DNA of 64,000 nucleotides from a virus. The position numbers and the translations under genes are program-made. Shown piece after piece: positions 30,832 through 42,576 of this stretch; the stretch's first letter is position 1, and every line of letters starts with the position of its first letter. The DNA is taken from IMG/VR virus record IMGVR_UViG_3300026484_000351, positions 1 to 64,000 of that record. One strand, given 5' to 3'. The notes beneath the pieces were generated by a model. The model saw only the letters and a list, made by a program, of their open reading frames with translations. It was not told the DNA's origin and ran no database searches.

Positions 30832-31743
30832 ATGGAAGAAAATGTCATTGCAATAGATCTTGGGTACAGCTCAAGCAAGGTTGCATATAAAGATAAAATA
30901 GCGAAATTTCCAACAGCAATTAGTTTTGCTACGGATATTGGTGCCGCTTATGGGGAGGAGAATATTTATGAATTTGAAGGTGACAAGTACCATGTCGGTA
31001 AAGAGGCAGTAGATTCTGAAGCTTTTACAACCTCTGAGTATAAATTCCTTTTAAAATTTGCGCCACTTTTAATATTTCATATTTTAAGTAAGTTTGAAAA
31101 AGCAGATTTAGACGAACCAATTATTGTTAAAACAGGTTTAGCTATTGTTGATTGGGGCAAAAAAGACGAGTTTATAGAAAGAATTTCAAATATTAAAGTG
31201 AATGATAAGACAATTGAAATAATTCCGCAATTAATCCCTCAAGGTGCAGGTTGTGCGGTCGACTGGACTCACTATAACAATAATGACGAGTTTCCGGATA
31301 AGCTAACAGTTATTGATATAGGAAATAATACTATTAACCTTGTGCATTTTGAGCACGGAAAACCTCAAAGAAAAAATATGAAAAGTTATCCTGGGCATGG
31401 TGTTTCTAGTATTATTAAACCTTTTACAAGTTTTATGGAAAATAAATTTGCTGTAACATTTTCAGAACAAGAGTCTACCCAGACTTTCGATAAAGGCGAA
31501 TTTAGGTATAACGGAGAATTACAAGATGAAGTAACAGAAAAGATTACTGAATTAAAATCTCAATTTGTTAAAAAAATATTTCAGAGTGTTTTAGTAAATG
31601 ACAAAAAATTGCTTGCAATGTCAGATGTAGTTCTTATCGCTGGTGGTGGTGCATATTTACTTCAAGATATTCCTTTTCCACCAAATGTAGAGTTTGTAGA
31701 AGCACCAATGGAATTTTCAAATTGTAGAGGTTATTTACTATAA
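30832..31743 (+). CDS. ParM/StbA-like actin ATPase
   Basis: IAIDLGYSSSK, PQG.G, VIDIGNNT, IAGGGA and N..G motifs. Confidence 0.9.
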   Translation: MEENVIAIDLGYSSSKVAYKDKIAKFPTAISFATDIGAAYGEENIYEFEGDKYHVGKEAVDSEAFTTSEYKFLLKFAPLLIFHILSKFEKADLDEPIIVKTGLAIVDWGKKDEFIERISNIKVNDKTIEIIPQLIPQGAGCAVDWTHYNNNDEFPDKLTVIDIGNNTINLVHFEHGKPQRKNMKSYPGHGVSSIIKPFTSFMENKFAVTFSEQESTQTFDKGEFRYNGELQDEVTEKITELKSQFVKKIFQSVLVNDKKLLAMSDVVLIAGGGAYLLQDIPFPPNVEFVEAPMEFSNCRGYLL

Positions 31744-31877
31744 TCCATAATTTTATAAGTAATTAAAAAGTAATCTAGAGATGTTATCAAGTAGTTAAAC
31801 TTGAGTAAGAATGAAAAAATGTAGTATTTCAAAAAAAGAAATGCTAGGTTATATTTAGATAATATAAAGGAAATAAA

Positions 31878-32240
31878 ATGAAAGAAATATGGGCAAAGAT
31901 AATGTTTTTTTTAGAAGGATGCAACTTTTTAGAAGAGATTAAAACGAAAAATGAAAACGATTATAGAAGAAAACAAGAAGCAATAGATAAACTTTATAAA
32001 AAAGATTCCAAAGTTTATACTATGGAAGTATCAGATGATTTTGTAAAAGATACCAGCATAATAAATTCTATTGTTAAAGCAAAAGAAAATATTAAGAAAG
32101 CAAAAGTTAAAAAAGTAGTCAAACCTAAAAGACACTGGTATAATGACACACATTCTCAAAAATTGGTTATTGAGGGTGAAGAAGCCAAGTTACCAAAAAC
32201 TTGGAAAAAAGGGCGTTTGCCTAAAGTTAAAAAGGATTAA
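31878..32240 (+). CDS. Hypothetical protein with HEG-like C-terminal motif
   Basis: RHWYND...WKKGRL tail. Confidence 0.5.
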   Translation: MKEIWAKIMFFLEGCNFLEEIKTKNENDYRRKQEAIDKLYKKDSKVYTMEVSDDFVKDTSIINSIVKAKENIKKAKVKKVVKPKRHWYNDTHSQKLVIEGEEAKLPKTWKKGRLPKVKKD

Positions 32241-32686
32241 AATGAAAAGTATAAGAAACTTAAAAGAAAATATTGAAGATAAAATGTATAATTTAATGAG
32301 GATTCAAAAAAGAATAGCGAAAAAATGTTATATTGGCAGAGAGTTATCGGTTATAGATACAGATGAAATTATAAATTCTTTATATGTAATAAACATAACA
32401 AACAATAAAAAAATAAGAAAATATCTTAAAAAAGGAAAAATACCAAAAGGCATAAAGTTAGGAAGTTTTAAAACAACTTTGAAAATTGAGTACACATACA
32501 TTATAGAACTTATGTTAAGATTGAATACTGATATATATGGTGTTCAAGATATACTAGATAGTTATAAAGTATTTATATCAACAATTGAATCAGCCAAACA
32601 CCCAGGAAAAGCAGGTTCAACAATAGAAAATGTTAGTTTGTTAATAGATTCCGAAAGATTACAAACAATAAGTAAGATAAAATAGC

Positions 32687-32995
32687 ATGGCTGAAGCACA
32701 AAACTTAAGCATCAATCTTGATGCTAATTCGATTAATATACTTAAAAAAGTTGATGCTATCCATAGGGATAGTTTAATTAATGTAGGATTAGCACTCGTT
32801 TCAAAAACGGGTTACTATAAAACACTTACAGGAATAGCAGACTCCACTAATGAAAAATTGGATGAGGTCACATCACTTGAAGTTCTTGATGAAGATGGAG
32901 ATAAACCAGTTTCTAAAAAGGCAAGTAAAAAGGCAAAAGCTCAAGAAGCAGAAGCACCGGCTAAAAAACCAGCATCAAGTTGGGATGCTTTTTAA
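32687..32995 (+). CDS. Small protein with possible ribbon-helix-helix N-terminus
   Basis: NLSINLDANSINILKK...RDSLIN; disordered tail ending SSWDAF. Confidence 0.45.
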   Translation: MAEAQNLSINLDANSINILKKVDAIHRDSLINVGLALVSKTGYYKTLTGIADSTNEKLDEVTSLEVLDEDGDKPVSKKASKKAKAQEAEAPAKKPASSWDAF

Positions 32996-34333
32996 AAAAC
33001 TCTAGATTTTATCTTTCTTTAAGGTTATTATGTTATAATTATACTATTTAAAAAGAAGGATAGAAAATGTCAGAATTAATAAAAACAACAACACCAGAAT
33101 TACAAGAATTAGAAAAAGATTATAAAGAAACAATGAGTAGTCCTTGGGATATGTATAATAATTTATCTTGGAATGAGGTAATTTGTACATTTAATAAAAA
33201 AGGTTACGAAGTAGCAAAAGAATTAATTAGAAGAAGTGATATAACTGCTTATAGAAGAGAAGAAGCTGCCTGTGGGTGTATATAATGGAAATAACAAAAA
33301 GCTTTATAGCACTTATGAATATTAGGAACAAAGTTGTTAATGCTGGCATTTTGAATAGAAATTTATCAGACGGCGGAATTGAATGTATGGTTGAAGATTA
33401 TGGATATACTTATACTAAAAATTATTTGAAAGGACTTTTATGATATTATATTTACCAGGTGTAGAAAATATAGAAACGAATACCTTTGGTGAATATTTAT
33501 GGCAAGTTGATAGTACAGATATTGTTGAAATAAAATGTACAGATAGACTTAGACAAGGTCCACCTAAAATTGTAAATGGATATTTTGGTGATGATGATGG
33601 ATATAGAACTGGTTGGAATATTGATATAATGCACTATATTATGGAAGTATATACTTCAAAAGGCAAAAAAGAAATATATTTTAATGAACCATTTGCGAGA
33701 AGCCAAGCAATTAATGAAATAGCAGACCGCATGCAAAATAAAAATTTAAATGATAAAAATAATGATTTTTATTTAAAAAATAAAAAAAATTAGCTGAGGC
33801 TTTTTAAAAAGGAATATAATGGAAAATTTAGGAGAAGATTTAAGAGATTATTTTTATGATGAAAATAATGTAGATTTACAAGTTGAAACTGATGAAGATG
33901 AAATTACTGTTTATTTGGATTTACCAAGTACAGACAATTATGATAATCATATAACTGAAATAGAAAGATTTTTTAAATTTAGTGAATATGATGTTGAAGA
34001 TTATGAAATTGACGGAGATTATGAAGGTATAATCACTGTAACATATATAGGAGAATAAAATGATAATTGATTATTTAATTATGGGATTTATTCTTATATT
34101 GGGAACTTTATTTGTTGGTTTTTTGCTTGGACTTAAAAAACCAATTGATTCAGATAAGTATTTTCAAGCAATGTTTACAGGATATGAAGAATCAAAATTA
34201 AGATGGCTTTGGAAAACTTTAATATTTGGTGTTGAATATATTGTGGGTGTTCTTATATTATTCATTATCAATACTACTTTTTATCCTGCAGATTTAATTA
34301 GAACAATTATTAAATATTTATTCGTTAGTTCAA

Positions 34334-34618
34334 ATGACACAGAATCAAAAACGCCAAAAGCTAATTAGTTTAATTTTTGGTGGTAAAAATCTTCTCAACC
34401 AAAGTCAAATTGATATTTTAGTTCAAGAAATTACAGTCAATAAAAGCAAAGATTACTCGGATAAAATTTATTTGACTTATAATGATTTGGCAGAACAATT
34501 TAAATATTTTGGGCCTGAAATAAGTTTATCAAGAATGAAAAAAAGACAACACCTCGTTCTTAATTATGAAACACTTATTAAAAATGTTGAGACAAAGTTG
34601 CCGGAATTTTTTATTTAA
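34334..34618 (+). CDS. PE-tail family protein
   Basis: Ends KLPEFFI. Confidence 0.65.
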   Translation: MTQNQKRQKLISLIFGGKNLLNQSQIDILVQEITVNKSKDYSDKIYLTYNDLAEQFKYFGPEISLSRMKKRQHLVLNYETLIKNVETKLPEFFI

Positions 34619-34827
34619 AGAAGAATAGACTTTTCACACAATGAAAATGTTTAAACAGCAAATGTGGTACAAAAATTAGATTAAATTACGAGAAAAACTT
34701 ATAAGTTAAACTGACTTAGAAATGTATTAGAAACAAGAATAAAAAAGAGAACCAGAATATGTCTTAAGTAAAAAAGATAGATATATTGAAACTAAAAATT
34801 AAAGATACAATATAAAAGGAAAGAAAA

Positions 34828-35262
34828 ATGTCACTTTTAGAAGATATTAAGAAAGCACAATTACAAGCAAGAAAAGAAAAAGATAAATTTAGAGCAGGCG
34901 TATTGACTTGTTTATACGGTGAAGTAAGTATTATAGGCAAAAATGAGGGTAATAGAGAAACTACTGACGAAGAATGTATTAGGATTGTTACCAAATTTAA
35001 AAAAGGTGTTGAAGAAAACATTAGATTAAAAAGAGATTCTGGGTGTAATGCAAGAGACCTTGCTAAATTTTTTCAAGAAATAGAATTTTATAATACTTTT
35101 CTTCCACAGCAAATGACTAAAGATGAATTAACAGAATACATTAAAAAAACTATTGCACTTGGTGCTAATAATATTGGAGCGGTAATGAAAGTTATGAAAG
35201 CTGAAATTAATGGATTATATGATGGGAAAATGGCTTCAGAGTTAATCAAAAAGTTACTATAA
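34828..35262 (+). CDS. GatB/YqeY domain protein
   Basis: L..DIK.A..ARKEKD, FLPQQM and IGAVMK...G.YDGK motifs. Confidence 0.88.
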   Translation: MSLLEDIKKAQLQARKEKDKFRAGVLTCLYGEVSIIGKNEGNRETTDEECIRIVTKFKKGVEENIRLKRDSGCNARDLAKFFQEIEFYNTFLPQQMTKDELTEYIKKTIALGANNIGAVMKVMKAEINGLYDGKMASELIKKLL

Positions 35263-35302
35263 ATTTAAGTAAGATTACTATATAATAAATAAAAGGAAAT
35301 TA

Positions 35303-36166
35303 ATGGAAACAGTTTACGGAATAGATTACACAAAACCAGAAGTTATGTTACTTCAAGAAACAGGATTGGGTGTACCTGAAATGGCCGCAAGGACTTGTTA
35401 TGACTCTTTTAATGCATCAGAAAATGAATGTATACCGAGATTAAATAATGCCATTAAAGCTCAGGATCTGACAGCGGCAACTCATTATTTAACCGAAGTT
35501 AATAATATTGAACACTCAGAATTACTTGATACTTTAGCTTGGACTCACTTCCATCACAGCATACTAGAACATACAAATTTATCATTTTTAATTAAAGGCA
35601 CTTCTAGAGGGGTTCTTCAGGAGCATGCTAGACACAGAATCCAAAATATATCTGTAAGAAGTACAAGATACACAATGAGCGGAATTATTAATGCATTTGC
35701 TGCAACAGTTAAAGAATCTTCAGGAAAAAATGCTTTTATTAGTTTGGTTTTGCCAATGAATATGTTTGTGACTTCGGATGATAGTTATAACAGAATAGAA
35801 ATTGGTGGAATATTTGACAAATTGATGTATCAATATAGATTACTTGGTAGAGAAAAATTTATGGAGATAGCAGTAGCAAAATCTAGTTTAGATTATGTTA
35901 ATAGTACAGAGCCTTATGCAATTAAATTTCAATTACTTCAAGATGGTAAGAAAAAAAGAAATGTTGGAGATGCGCTTAAGCACATCGTCACGGATAACTG
36001 GAAGGTTGATATGATTGTTACCATGAACCTAAGAGGATTAAAAAATTATTTCAATTTAAGAGATAGTGGAGCAGCATTTTTTCAAATAAGATGGTTAGCA
36101 AAAGCAATGAAAGAAGTTACACCTTCAAAGTATTTGGATCTGATAGTAAGAAACAAAGGTAAATAA
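35303..36166 (+). CDS. thyX: Flavin-dependent thymidylate synthase
   Basis: AARTCY, HHSILEH, SRGVLQEHARHR...SVRSTRY, MNLRGL..Y..LR and AFFQIR motifs. Confidence 0.93.
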   Translation: METVYGIDYTKPEVMLLQETGLGVPEMAARTCYDSFNASENECIPRLNNAIKAQDLTAATHYLTEVNNIEHSELLDTLAWTHFHHSILEHTNLSFLIKGTSRGVLQEHARHRIQNISVRSTRYTMSGIINAFAATVKESSGKNAFISLVLPMNMFVTSDDSYNRIEIGGIFDKLMYQYRLLGREKFMEIAVAKSSLDYVNSTEPYAIKFQLLQDGKKKRNVGDALKHIVTDNWKVDMIVTMNLRGLKNYFNLRDSGAAFFQIRWLAKAMKEVTPSKYLDLIVRNKGK

Positions 36167-36382
36167 TGTAAGATAATAAAATCGTCTGTTAAAAAGTGAA
36201 TGAAAGTGTTGTGTAGATGCAAACATCAAATAACAATAGGTAACATCCAAGCAATAAAGATGATTTCTATTATGGATTTTTTGGGATATGTTTGTCATAT
36301 AAATGGCAAAAATAGGGTAATTTTCACAGACAGAAAACATAGTTTTTGTGAAGAATCTGAAAGAAAAGATAAAAGGGAAAAT

Positions 36383-37079
36383 AATGAAATATAAAACATT
36401 TGAAAGTTTGTTAAATACTTGTAAAAAATTATATGAAGATGGTAGCAAAAAAGATGAACAATTAACTAAAGCATTTGGTGGTGATACTACTATATTACAA
36501 GACTGGTGGGATAATTCAATAGTAGATATTCTTAATTCAATATCAAATGAATTTGGATTAGACACAGAAAATGATAATACAATCGATTGGTTATTCTGGG
36601 ATAGTATGTGCGGATATGATATGAACAATAGATATTTAAGTTTTAATGTAGATGGAATTGAATATGTTGGCTCTCCCAAAAATGTTTACTTAGATTTGAA
36701 TAATATGTTAGATGAAAGATTAGGGATAACAAAAGTAAATAGTGAACCGAAAAAATACGAAATTGATAAAGATTATAAAGAAGAAAAAATTGAAACTCAT
36801 TTTATACAGACAAAAGAAATAAAAGATGTTTTAAACGGTGAAACTGTTAAAGAAACCCCAAGAGAAAGAATTATTAGATATTTTATATCGGCCGGGATAG
36901 AAGTATTACAAAAAATAACAGATTTTCCTAAAGAGACTGTCTTAAGTGCTGAGATAAATGTAGATAATTTGTATGACGAAATTAAAGAGTTAGGTTACGA
37001 TAAACAACTTTTTAGAATTAATCTTTTAGATGTAAAGACTTTAAATAACAAATATAATATAGATTATATAAAGCTTTAA
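36383..37079 (+). CDS. Hypothetical protein
   Basis: ORF track 36348-37079; likely start at MKYKTF (approximate). Confidence 0.55.
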
Positions 37080-37080
37080 A

Positions 37081-37461
37081 ATGATAATAGAAAAGAAAGA
37101 AGTTAAAACAGTATGTGATTGCTGTTTAAAAGAATTAACAGATATTGATATATGGGCAAATAACGAAAGTTTTCGAGAACTGTACTTAAAACGAACACAA
37201 GATAATATTGATTTATGCTATACTTGTGCTGGTAAAATATTTTATAGAGAAGTTCAACAAAAAGTTCCAACTGAAAAAATGCGGGAATGGATAAAAAGTC
37301 TTAGAAAAGTGGAAGGCTCAAACTTAGTTGAAAGTGCTGGTGAAACGGGAAATAGGGAGAATGACAATTGTTCAAAGGAAATATTAGTTAAATCTAGTCC
37401 AAACAGTTCAAGTAATTCATTAAAGTCAATTGATGACCCGAAAAGTATAAAGGATTTATAA
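37081..37461 (+). CDS. Zn-finger hypothetical protein
   Basis: CDCC...DLCYTC. Confidence 0.55.
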   Translation: MIIEKKEVKTVCDCCLKELTDIDIWANNESFRELYLKRTQDNIDLCYTCAGKIFYREVQQKVPTEKMREWIKSLRKVEGSNLVESAGETGNRENDNCSKEILVKSSPNSSSNSLKSIDDPKSIKDL

Positions 37462-37934
37462 TGGGGATAGAAATAGAAAGAAAATTTTTAGTTAAAATGA
37501 AAAAAGGGCCAATGATAAGTAATAGAAAATATGAAATAACTCAAGGTTACATTTTAAATTTACCTGAAAAAGTTATAAGAATTAGAATATTTGATAATAG
37601 TACAGCTTATATAACTATTAAAGGTAAAAATGAAAATATGACAAGACCAGAATATGAGTATAATATTCCCTGCGCAGAGGGTGCAGAACTTATAAAAGTA
37701 ATGTGTACAGATATTATCACTAAAACGAGATATATATGCAATGTGAAAAATAGTAAATGGGAAGTTGATTTTTTCCACGGAGATAATGAAGGTTTAATTG
37801 TCGCAGAAATTGAGTTAAAAGATGAAGATGATCCTATAGATTACCCAGAGTGGATAGGAAAAGAAGTAACTGGCAAGAAGAAATATTATAACAATAATTT
37901 AATTAAAAATCCTTATAAAGATTGGAGTAAATAA
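37461..37934 (+). CDS. CYTH-domain triphosphatase
   Basis: EIERKFLV, QGY, RIR, KTRY, WEVD and AEIEL motifs. Confidence 0.92.
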   Translation: MGIEIERKFLVKMKKGPMISNRKYEITQGYILNLPEKVIRIRIFDNSTAYITIKGKNENMTRPEYEYNIPCAEGAELIKVMCTDIITKTRYICNVKNSKWEVDFFHGDNEGLIVAEIELKDEDDPIDYPEWIGKEVTGKKKYYNNNLIKNPYKDWSK

Positions 37935-38176
37935 TGGAAGTTTATGCAGATAAACTAGGCATTCCACTAAATGTCGGAGATAGAGTTATAATAGCCAGTG
38001 GTGAAACACAAGATTCTTCTATTTATTTAGGAACAGTTAGTGAATTATCTGTATCAAGATATGGTTCAAAACAAGTTAAAGTAAAAAAAGATGGTGGTTC
38101 AATAAATAAAAGAGAACCTGAAGATGTTTTAAGTTTAGTTATTTATGGGAATAATTGTCCCGAAGTTTTTATATAG
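37934..38176 (+). CDS. PE-tail family protein (SH3/KOW-like)
   Basis: LNVGDRVII; ends NCPEVFI. Confidence 0.65.
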   Translation: MEVYADKLGIPLNVGDRVIIASGETQDSSIYLGTVSELSVSRYGSKQVKVKKDGGSINKREPEDVLSLVIYGNNCPEVFI

Positions 38177-38184
38177 GAGATAAT

Positions 38185-38526
38185 ATGGCAGATATTTTAA
38201 GTCAAGATGAAATTAATGCTCTTTTAGATATTCCTGATGAAAACTCAGGTGAACCAGATTTTGGTTCACCTGAGTTTAAAAAATTATCAGATGCTTTTAA
38301 CAAAGCATTTCACAAAGTATTTAAGAGAACAGATTTTTATAGAGAAAAAGTGGAACAGAGTGGTTATATTCCTAGAATCCGGGGAACAAATCCTAAAGAT
38401 ATGATGGACAGTTTAAAGTGCGAAGAAGAATATTTTCAGAGTACATTAAAGAATTATAAAAAATTTAAAGAATTTCACAAGAAATTTAAGAAGATAGCAG
38501 ATGAACAACCTGAAATTTTTATTTAG
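38185..38526 (+). CDS. PE-tail protein with FliM N-terminal CheY-binding peptide mimic
   Basis: AGGAG RBS; starts MADILSQDEINALL; ends EQPEIFI. Confidence 0.8.
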   Translation: MADILSQDEINALLDIPDENSGEPDFGSPEFKKLSDAFNKAFHKVFKRTDFYREKVEQSGYIPRIRGTNPKDMMDSLKCEEEYFQSTLKNYKKFKEFHKKFKKIADEQPEIFI

Positions 38527-39191
38527 GAAAATAACCACAAGATATTTATAACTATATAAAAGAGACATTTAAAATAAAAACTAGAGATTTGTATCTAAAA
38601 GTTAGTAATTTAATATTAAATTAAGATTAATATGTTATAATTATATAAACAAAAAAAGGATATAATATGGCATTTAGTTACAAAGATTTAATGAGAAGCA
38701 TCAAAGCAACACAAGCAAACATTGATGAGATTCAAGAACAAATTAGTTTATGTGATAGTGAATACGAATTGGCTCAATTAACAGCAGAGTTAGACCATTA
38801 TGAAACTCAATTAAAGGTAACTGAAGATTATATTGATCGAATAGTGGCTAGAGGAAGATATTAGTGTTTCTCTTCCACTTGAAATTACCTAAATTGAGAA
38901 AATCGGTTATAATCGGAAAAACATGGATAAGGTTTTTTGAAACCTTAAAAGAAGAACAAATATATCAGAACTGAAGTAATATTATCGGTAGAACTATTTA
39001 ATAGAAGATTATTCAAGAGATATACCACACAGCATTACGAGGAGATTTATACAAAAATAATGTTACTTAAACTTTTGTATTAGCACAAGATGCTAAAGTT
39101 GTAATTGAGTGTGTATTGGTTAGAGGAACAAATGAAAATTTGCAACTTTAATAAGCAATTCGATTAATACTCCAAAATAGAAAGGAAAAAT

Positions 39192-39464
39192 ATGTCTAAA
39201 AACTCATGGGTAGTAATTATTGGTGGAGGTTTAATAGGGTTAGGTTTGGGTGTAATGGGAATAACTTTTAATATGCCATTATGGTGGTTTTTAAATTTAC
39301 CATTAATTATGTTATTAAATCAGTTTAGCGGAGAAATAGGTGACTTTTTCTCAGATTGGTACAACGATATCATAAAAGGTGAGGTAGTAAATATAATTAT
39401 TCCCAGAGAAGAGATTAAAGAAAAGCGAAAAGAACAAGCAAAATCTAAGAAAAAATATATTTAA
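39192..39464 (+). CDS. Membrane protein with KKYI C-terminus
   Basis: Two TM helices; ends KKKYI. Confidence 0.6.
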   Translation: MSKNSWVVIIGGGLIGLGLGVMGITFNMPLWWFLNLPLIMLLNQFSGEIGDFFSDWYNDIIKGEVVNIIIPREEIKEKRKEQAKSKKKYI

Positions 39465-39482
39465 CAGAAAAGGAAAGAAAGA

Positions 39483-40775
39483 ATGAACATAACACAAGTA
39501 TTACCTATAATGGCGGCAAGTAAAAAGACGGGCGATGTTGTACTAATGAGAGGACTGCATGGAATAGGTAAAAGCGCTATAACAGTACAATATGCAGATC
39601 AGTATAATCTTGGTCTAGAGATATTAATATTATCTCTAATGGAACAAGGCGATTTAATCGGAATACCAAACATTACTAATAATACAACTACTTGGGCAGC
39701 ACCTGACTGGTTAAATAATTTAAGAGATAAAGCATGGCCTAAAAGATTTAATTTTGAAGATTTAGAATTTAAAGATAAAAATTTTGAAGAAGAAGTCAAC
39801 AAACATTCAAAAAATGCAATACTTAGAGAAAATTTAAATAAATTATATAACGAGTTTTATAATGTTAATTTAATTGAGCCTGTTTTAACAAAACAGGATA
39901 ATGTTTCTTGTAGATTGTCTAAAGAAACTGTATTATTTGTTGATGAATATTCAAGAGCTGGTGCAGACATACATAACAGCACAATGCAATTAATATTAGA
40001 CAAAAGACTTCATAATCATGTATTGCCTTATGTTAATGGTGTACAAACACAGATAATTGCTGCAGATAATCCCGCTGACGGTGATTACCATGTAACTGAA
40101 TTAGACCCAGCCAAATTAGATAGATTTTTAATTATTGATGTAGAAGTTGATGCAAAAGCGTGGTTGGCTTGGGCAAGAGAAAATGAGGTTAATTCTATTG
40201 TAAGAGATTTTATTATGAATAACCTAACAAAAATCCATTATGTTCCGGAAGACCAAAGTCAAACAGGAGCAACACCGAGGTCTTGGACTATGCTAGGAAA
40301 ATTTGTAAACCTTTTTGAAACTATTCCTGAAGAAAGTATTTTTCCAATTATTAGAGGTAAAGTGGGTAGCTCATTAGGAGCACAATTCTATACATATTAC
40401 AATGATTATAATAAAAATGTAAGTATTGAAGACATTCAAAAGATTATAGACCAAGAATTCTTTAAACAAGGCGATAATATTGACTTAGAGAAAATTGGAA
40501 AAGTTGTTAAGGAACTAACAAAAGAAATGGAAGGCGTAACTAAAATGGAGTATGCAGAAGAATTATTTTCGGCCATTAAAACTGAAATTAACGATGCTAA
40601 AGGGGTTGAAAATGTAATCCATGTTCTTGGCTTTTTATACTCACTTGATTTGGAAATCCTAACTTCATTACTTAAAGAATGGAAAAACAATGAAAAAGAA
40701 GCATTTTATGGATTAATGAAACTTGATCCTAAGAAGGCACTTGCCTTAAAAATTAAAAGTAAAGTTCAAAAATAA
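39483..40775 (+). CDS. MoxR-like AAA+ ATPase
   Basis: GLHGIGKS, LFVDEYSRA, AADNP, LDPAKLDRF and TPRSW motifs. Confidence 0.9.
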   Translation: MNITQVLPIMAASKKTGDVVLMRGLHGIGKSAITVQYADQYNLGLEILILSLMEQGDLIGIPNITNNTTTWAAPDWLNNLRDKAWPKRFNFEDLEFKDKNFEEEVNKHSKNAILRENLNKLYNEFYNVNLIEPVLTKQDNVSCRLSKETVLFVDEYSRAGADIHNSTMQLILDKRLHNHVLPYVNGVQTQIIAADNPADGDYHVTELDPAKLDRFLIIDVEVDAKAWLAWARENEVNSIVRDFIMNNLTKIHYVPEDQSQTGATPRSWTMLGKFVNLFETIPEESIFPIIRGKVGSSLGAQFYTYYNDYNKNVSIEDIQKIIDQEFFKQGDNIDLEKIGKVVKELTKEMEGVTKMEYAEELFSAIKTEINDAKGVENVIHVLGFLYSLDLEILTSLLKEWKNNEKEAFYGLMKLDPKKALALKIKSKVQK

Positions 40776-41023
40776 TGAATAAAATACTTTTAAATGATGT
40801 TTTAAAAGTTAAAAATGATTTTTGGGAGGGAAGGAACCCAGAAATTATAGGTTTAGTATCAGAAGTTCATACCGATTCTAAAGTATATTTTATGAATTTT
40901 ATAAATGGTATAGATGCACTCCCAACTGTTTCTAATGGGTTTTATATTAAAGAAAATGATATAATTGAAAATTTTGGAAATATCAAAGTTTTTAAAGATA
41001 AGTATCCAGAATATTTTTTATAA
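40775..41023 (+). CDS. PE-tail family protein
   Basis: Coupled to the MoxR gene; ends KYPEYFL. Confidence 0.7.
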   Translation: MNKILLNDVLKVKNDFWEGRNPEIIGLVSEVHTDSKVYFMNFINGIDALPTVSNGFYIKENDIIENFGNIKVFKDKYPEYFL

Positions 41024-41364
41024 TTTTTCTTATGAGCATAAGTTAGATAGTTATGGAAAAATAAATAATAAAAATATGTTGGTCGATTATGGCAACTAAA
41101 ACAAGTCCGGGTATAGGTGATTTTCTACTACACTCAAGTAAATCTGGTAGAAATATGATAGTTGAGATTATGGAAATTTTTATAACGGATTCTTGTAGTG
41201 TTATAATAGCAAAGAAATATAAATTTATATAAAGAATATAAATCTATATAATAGTATAAAAAGTTATACTATCCTTATTTACTGCTTCTAAGTAACTTCT
41301 ATAGAACAATTTCTATAGTGGTATAAGAACTCCACAGTCATTAATTTTTTATACTGGTTAGGTA

Positions 41365-42543
41365 CTATTCTATCCTAGCCAGTCTTAATGCTTCATTTAG
41401 TATGTTTATAGAAGCATTTATATCTCTATCTTCTTCAAAACTGCATTCAGAACATGAGTATATTCGCTCTTCGAGCGATAAACTCTCTTTTACTGAACCA
41501 CATCTTGAACAGGTTTTAGAGGAAGGATAATAAGTATCTATTCTAGATATACTAACTTGGTTTTCGTTAGCTTTATACTCTATTTTAGATACTAAATCAC
41601 TCCATGCTATATTAGATATAGCTTTAGACAATCTTCTATTTTTAATCATATTTTTTACTTGAAGACTTTCTAAACCTATAAAATCATATAGATTGATTAG
41701 TTTTTTGGATACCTGATGATTTATAGTGTTTCTTGAATTCTTTATTTTATTATGCACCCTAGCTACTTTTAATCTAGCTTTATTTCTATTTTTGCTTCCT
41801 TTCTTCTTTTTACTTAGTTTTCTTTGTTCTAATTTAAGTTTTCTTTGGTACTTATATGTTAATTTATGATTTTCTATAGTATATCCATCAGAACATATTA
41901 TCATATCTTTAAGACCTAAATCTATACCTACTTTCTTATTGGTTTTCTTTCTATTATTCTTTACTTCTATCTTATGTGTTATGGTTATTCAGTACTTATC
42001 TAGGTTATCTTTTTCTATAGTAAAACCTGTTATTTTACCTATATTATGGTTTGTTTTATGTTTCTTAAATTTTATTTTATGGTCTTCTTTAGTATAAGAT
42101 GACTTATTGCTTTTATTTAATTGTATATGGTTATCTTCTATTTTAACTCTAGAACCAGCCTTCATACCTATAGTCTTTTTAGATGTCTTTTTACTCTTAA
42201 ATTTAGGATATCCTCTATCTGGTTGTTTTATAAATTCCTTCATACCAAGATATAAATTAGATAAACTAGATTGTATAAAATCATTAGGTAATTTATTAAT
42301 AAAAGAATATTCTTCTTTTAATTTAGTACTAAAACCTACTATACCAGTTTGATTAGGTATCTTAGGTCTCACTTGACCTTTATTTTTGCCTTTTTCTATA
42401 GTGTACACACCAAAATAATTATCTTGTATCTTACCTAAAACATTATTATAGGTAAATCTATAGAGGTTAAATTGTTTATCTAATAATGCTTTTTGTTTAG
42501 CATTAGGATATAGTCTATATTTGTTTGTTCTTACTAATTCCAT
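41365..42543 (-). pseudogene. tnpB: TnpB with an in-frame TGA (392 codons)
   Basis: YRLYPN HTH, GIDLG, IGLESL, CSRC/CSEC and DRDINASINI; single TGA at 41989-41991 in DKY*ITI, and the frame continues. Confidence 0.9.
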
Positions 42544-42576
42544 ATTTAACCCCTTTATATTTATTTATACAATTAT

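Noticed and set aside
41989-41991. TGA recoded as Trp (alternative genetic code)
   Set aside because: Other Trp codons checked in tnpA and tnpB are TGG, and TGA ends several phage genes in ATGA overlaps; a nonsense mutation is simpler
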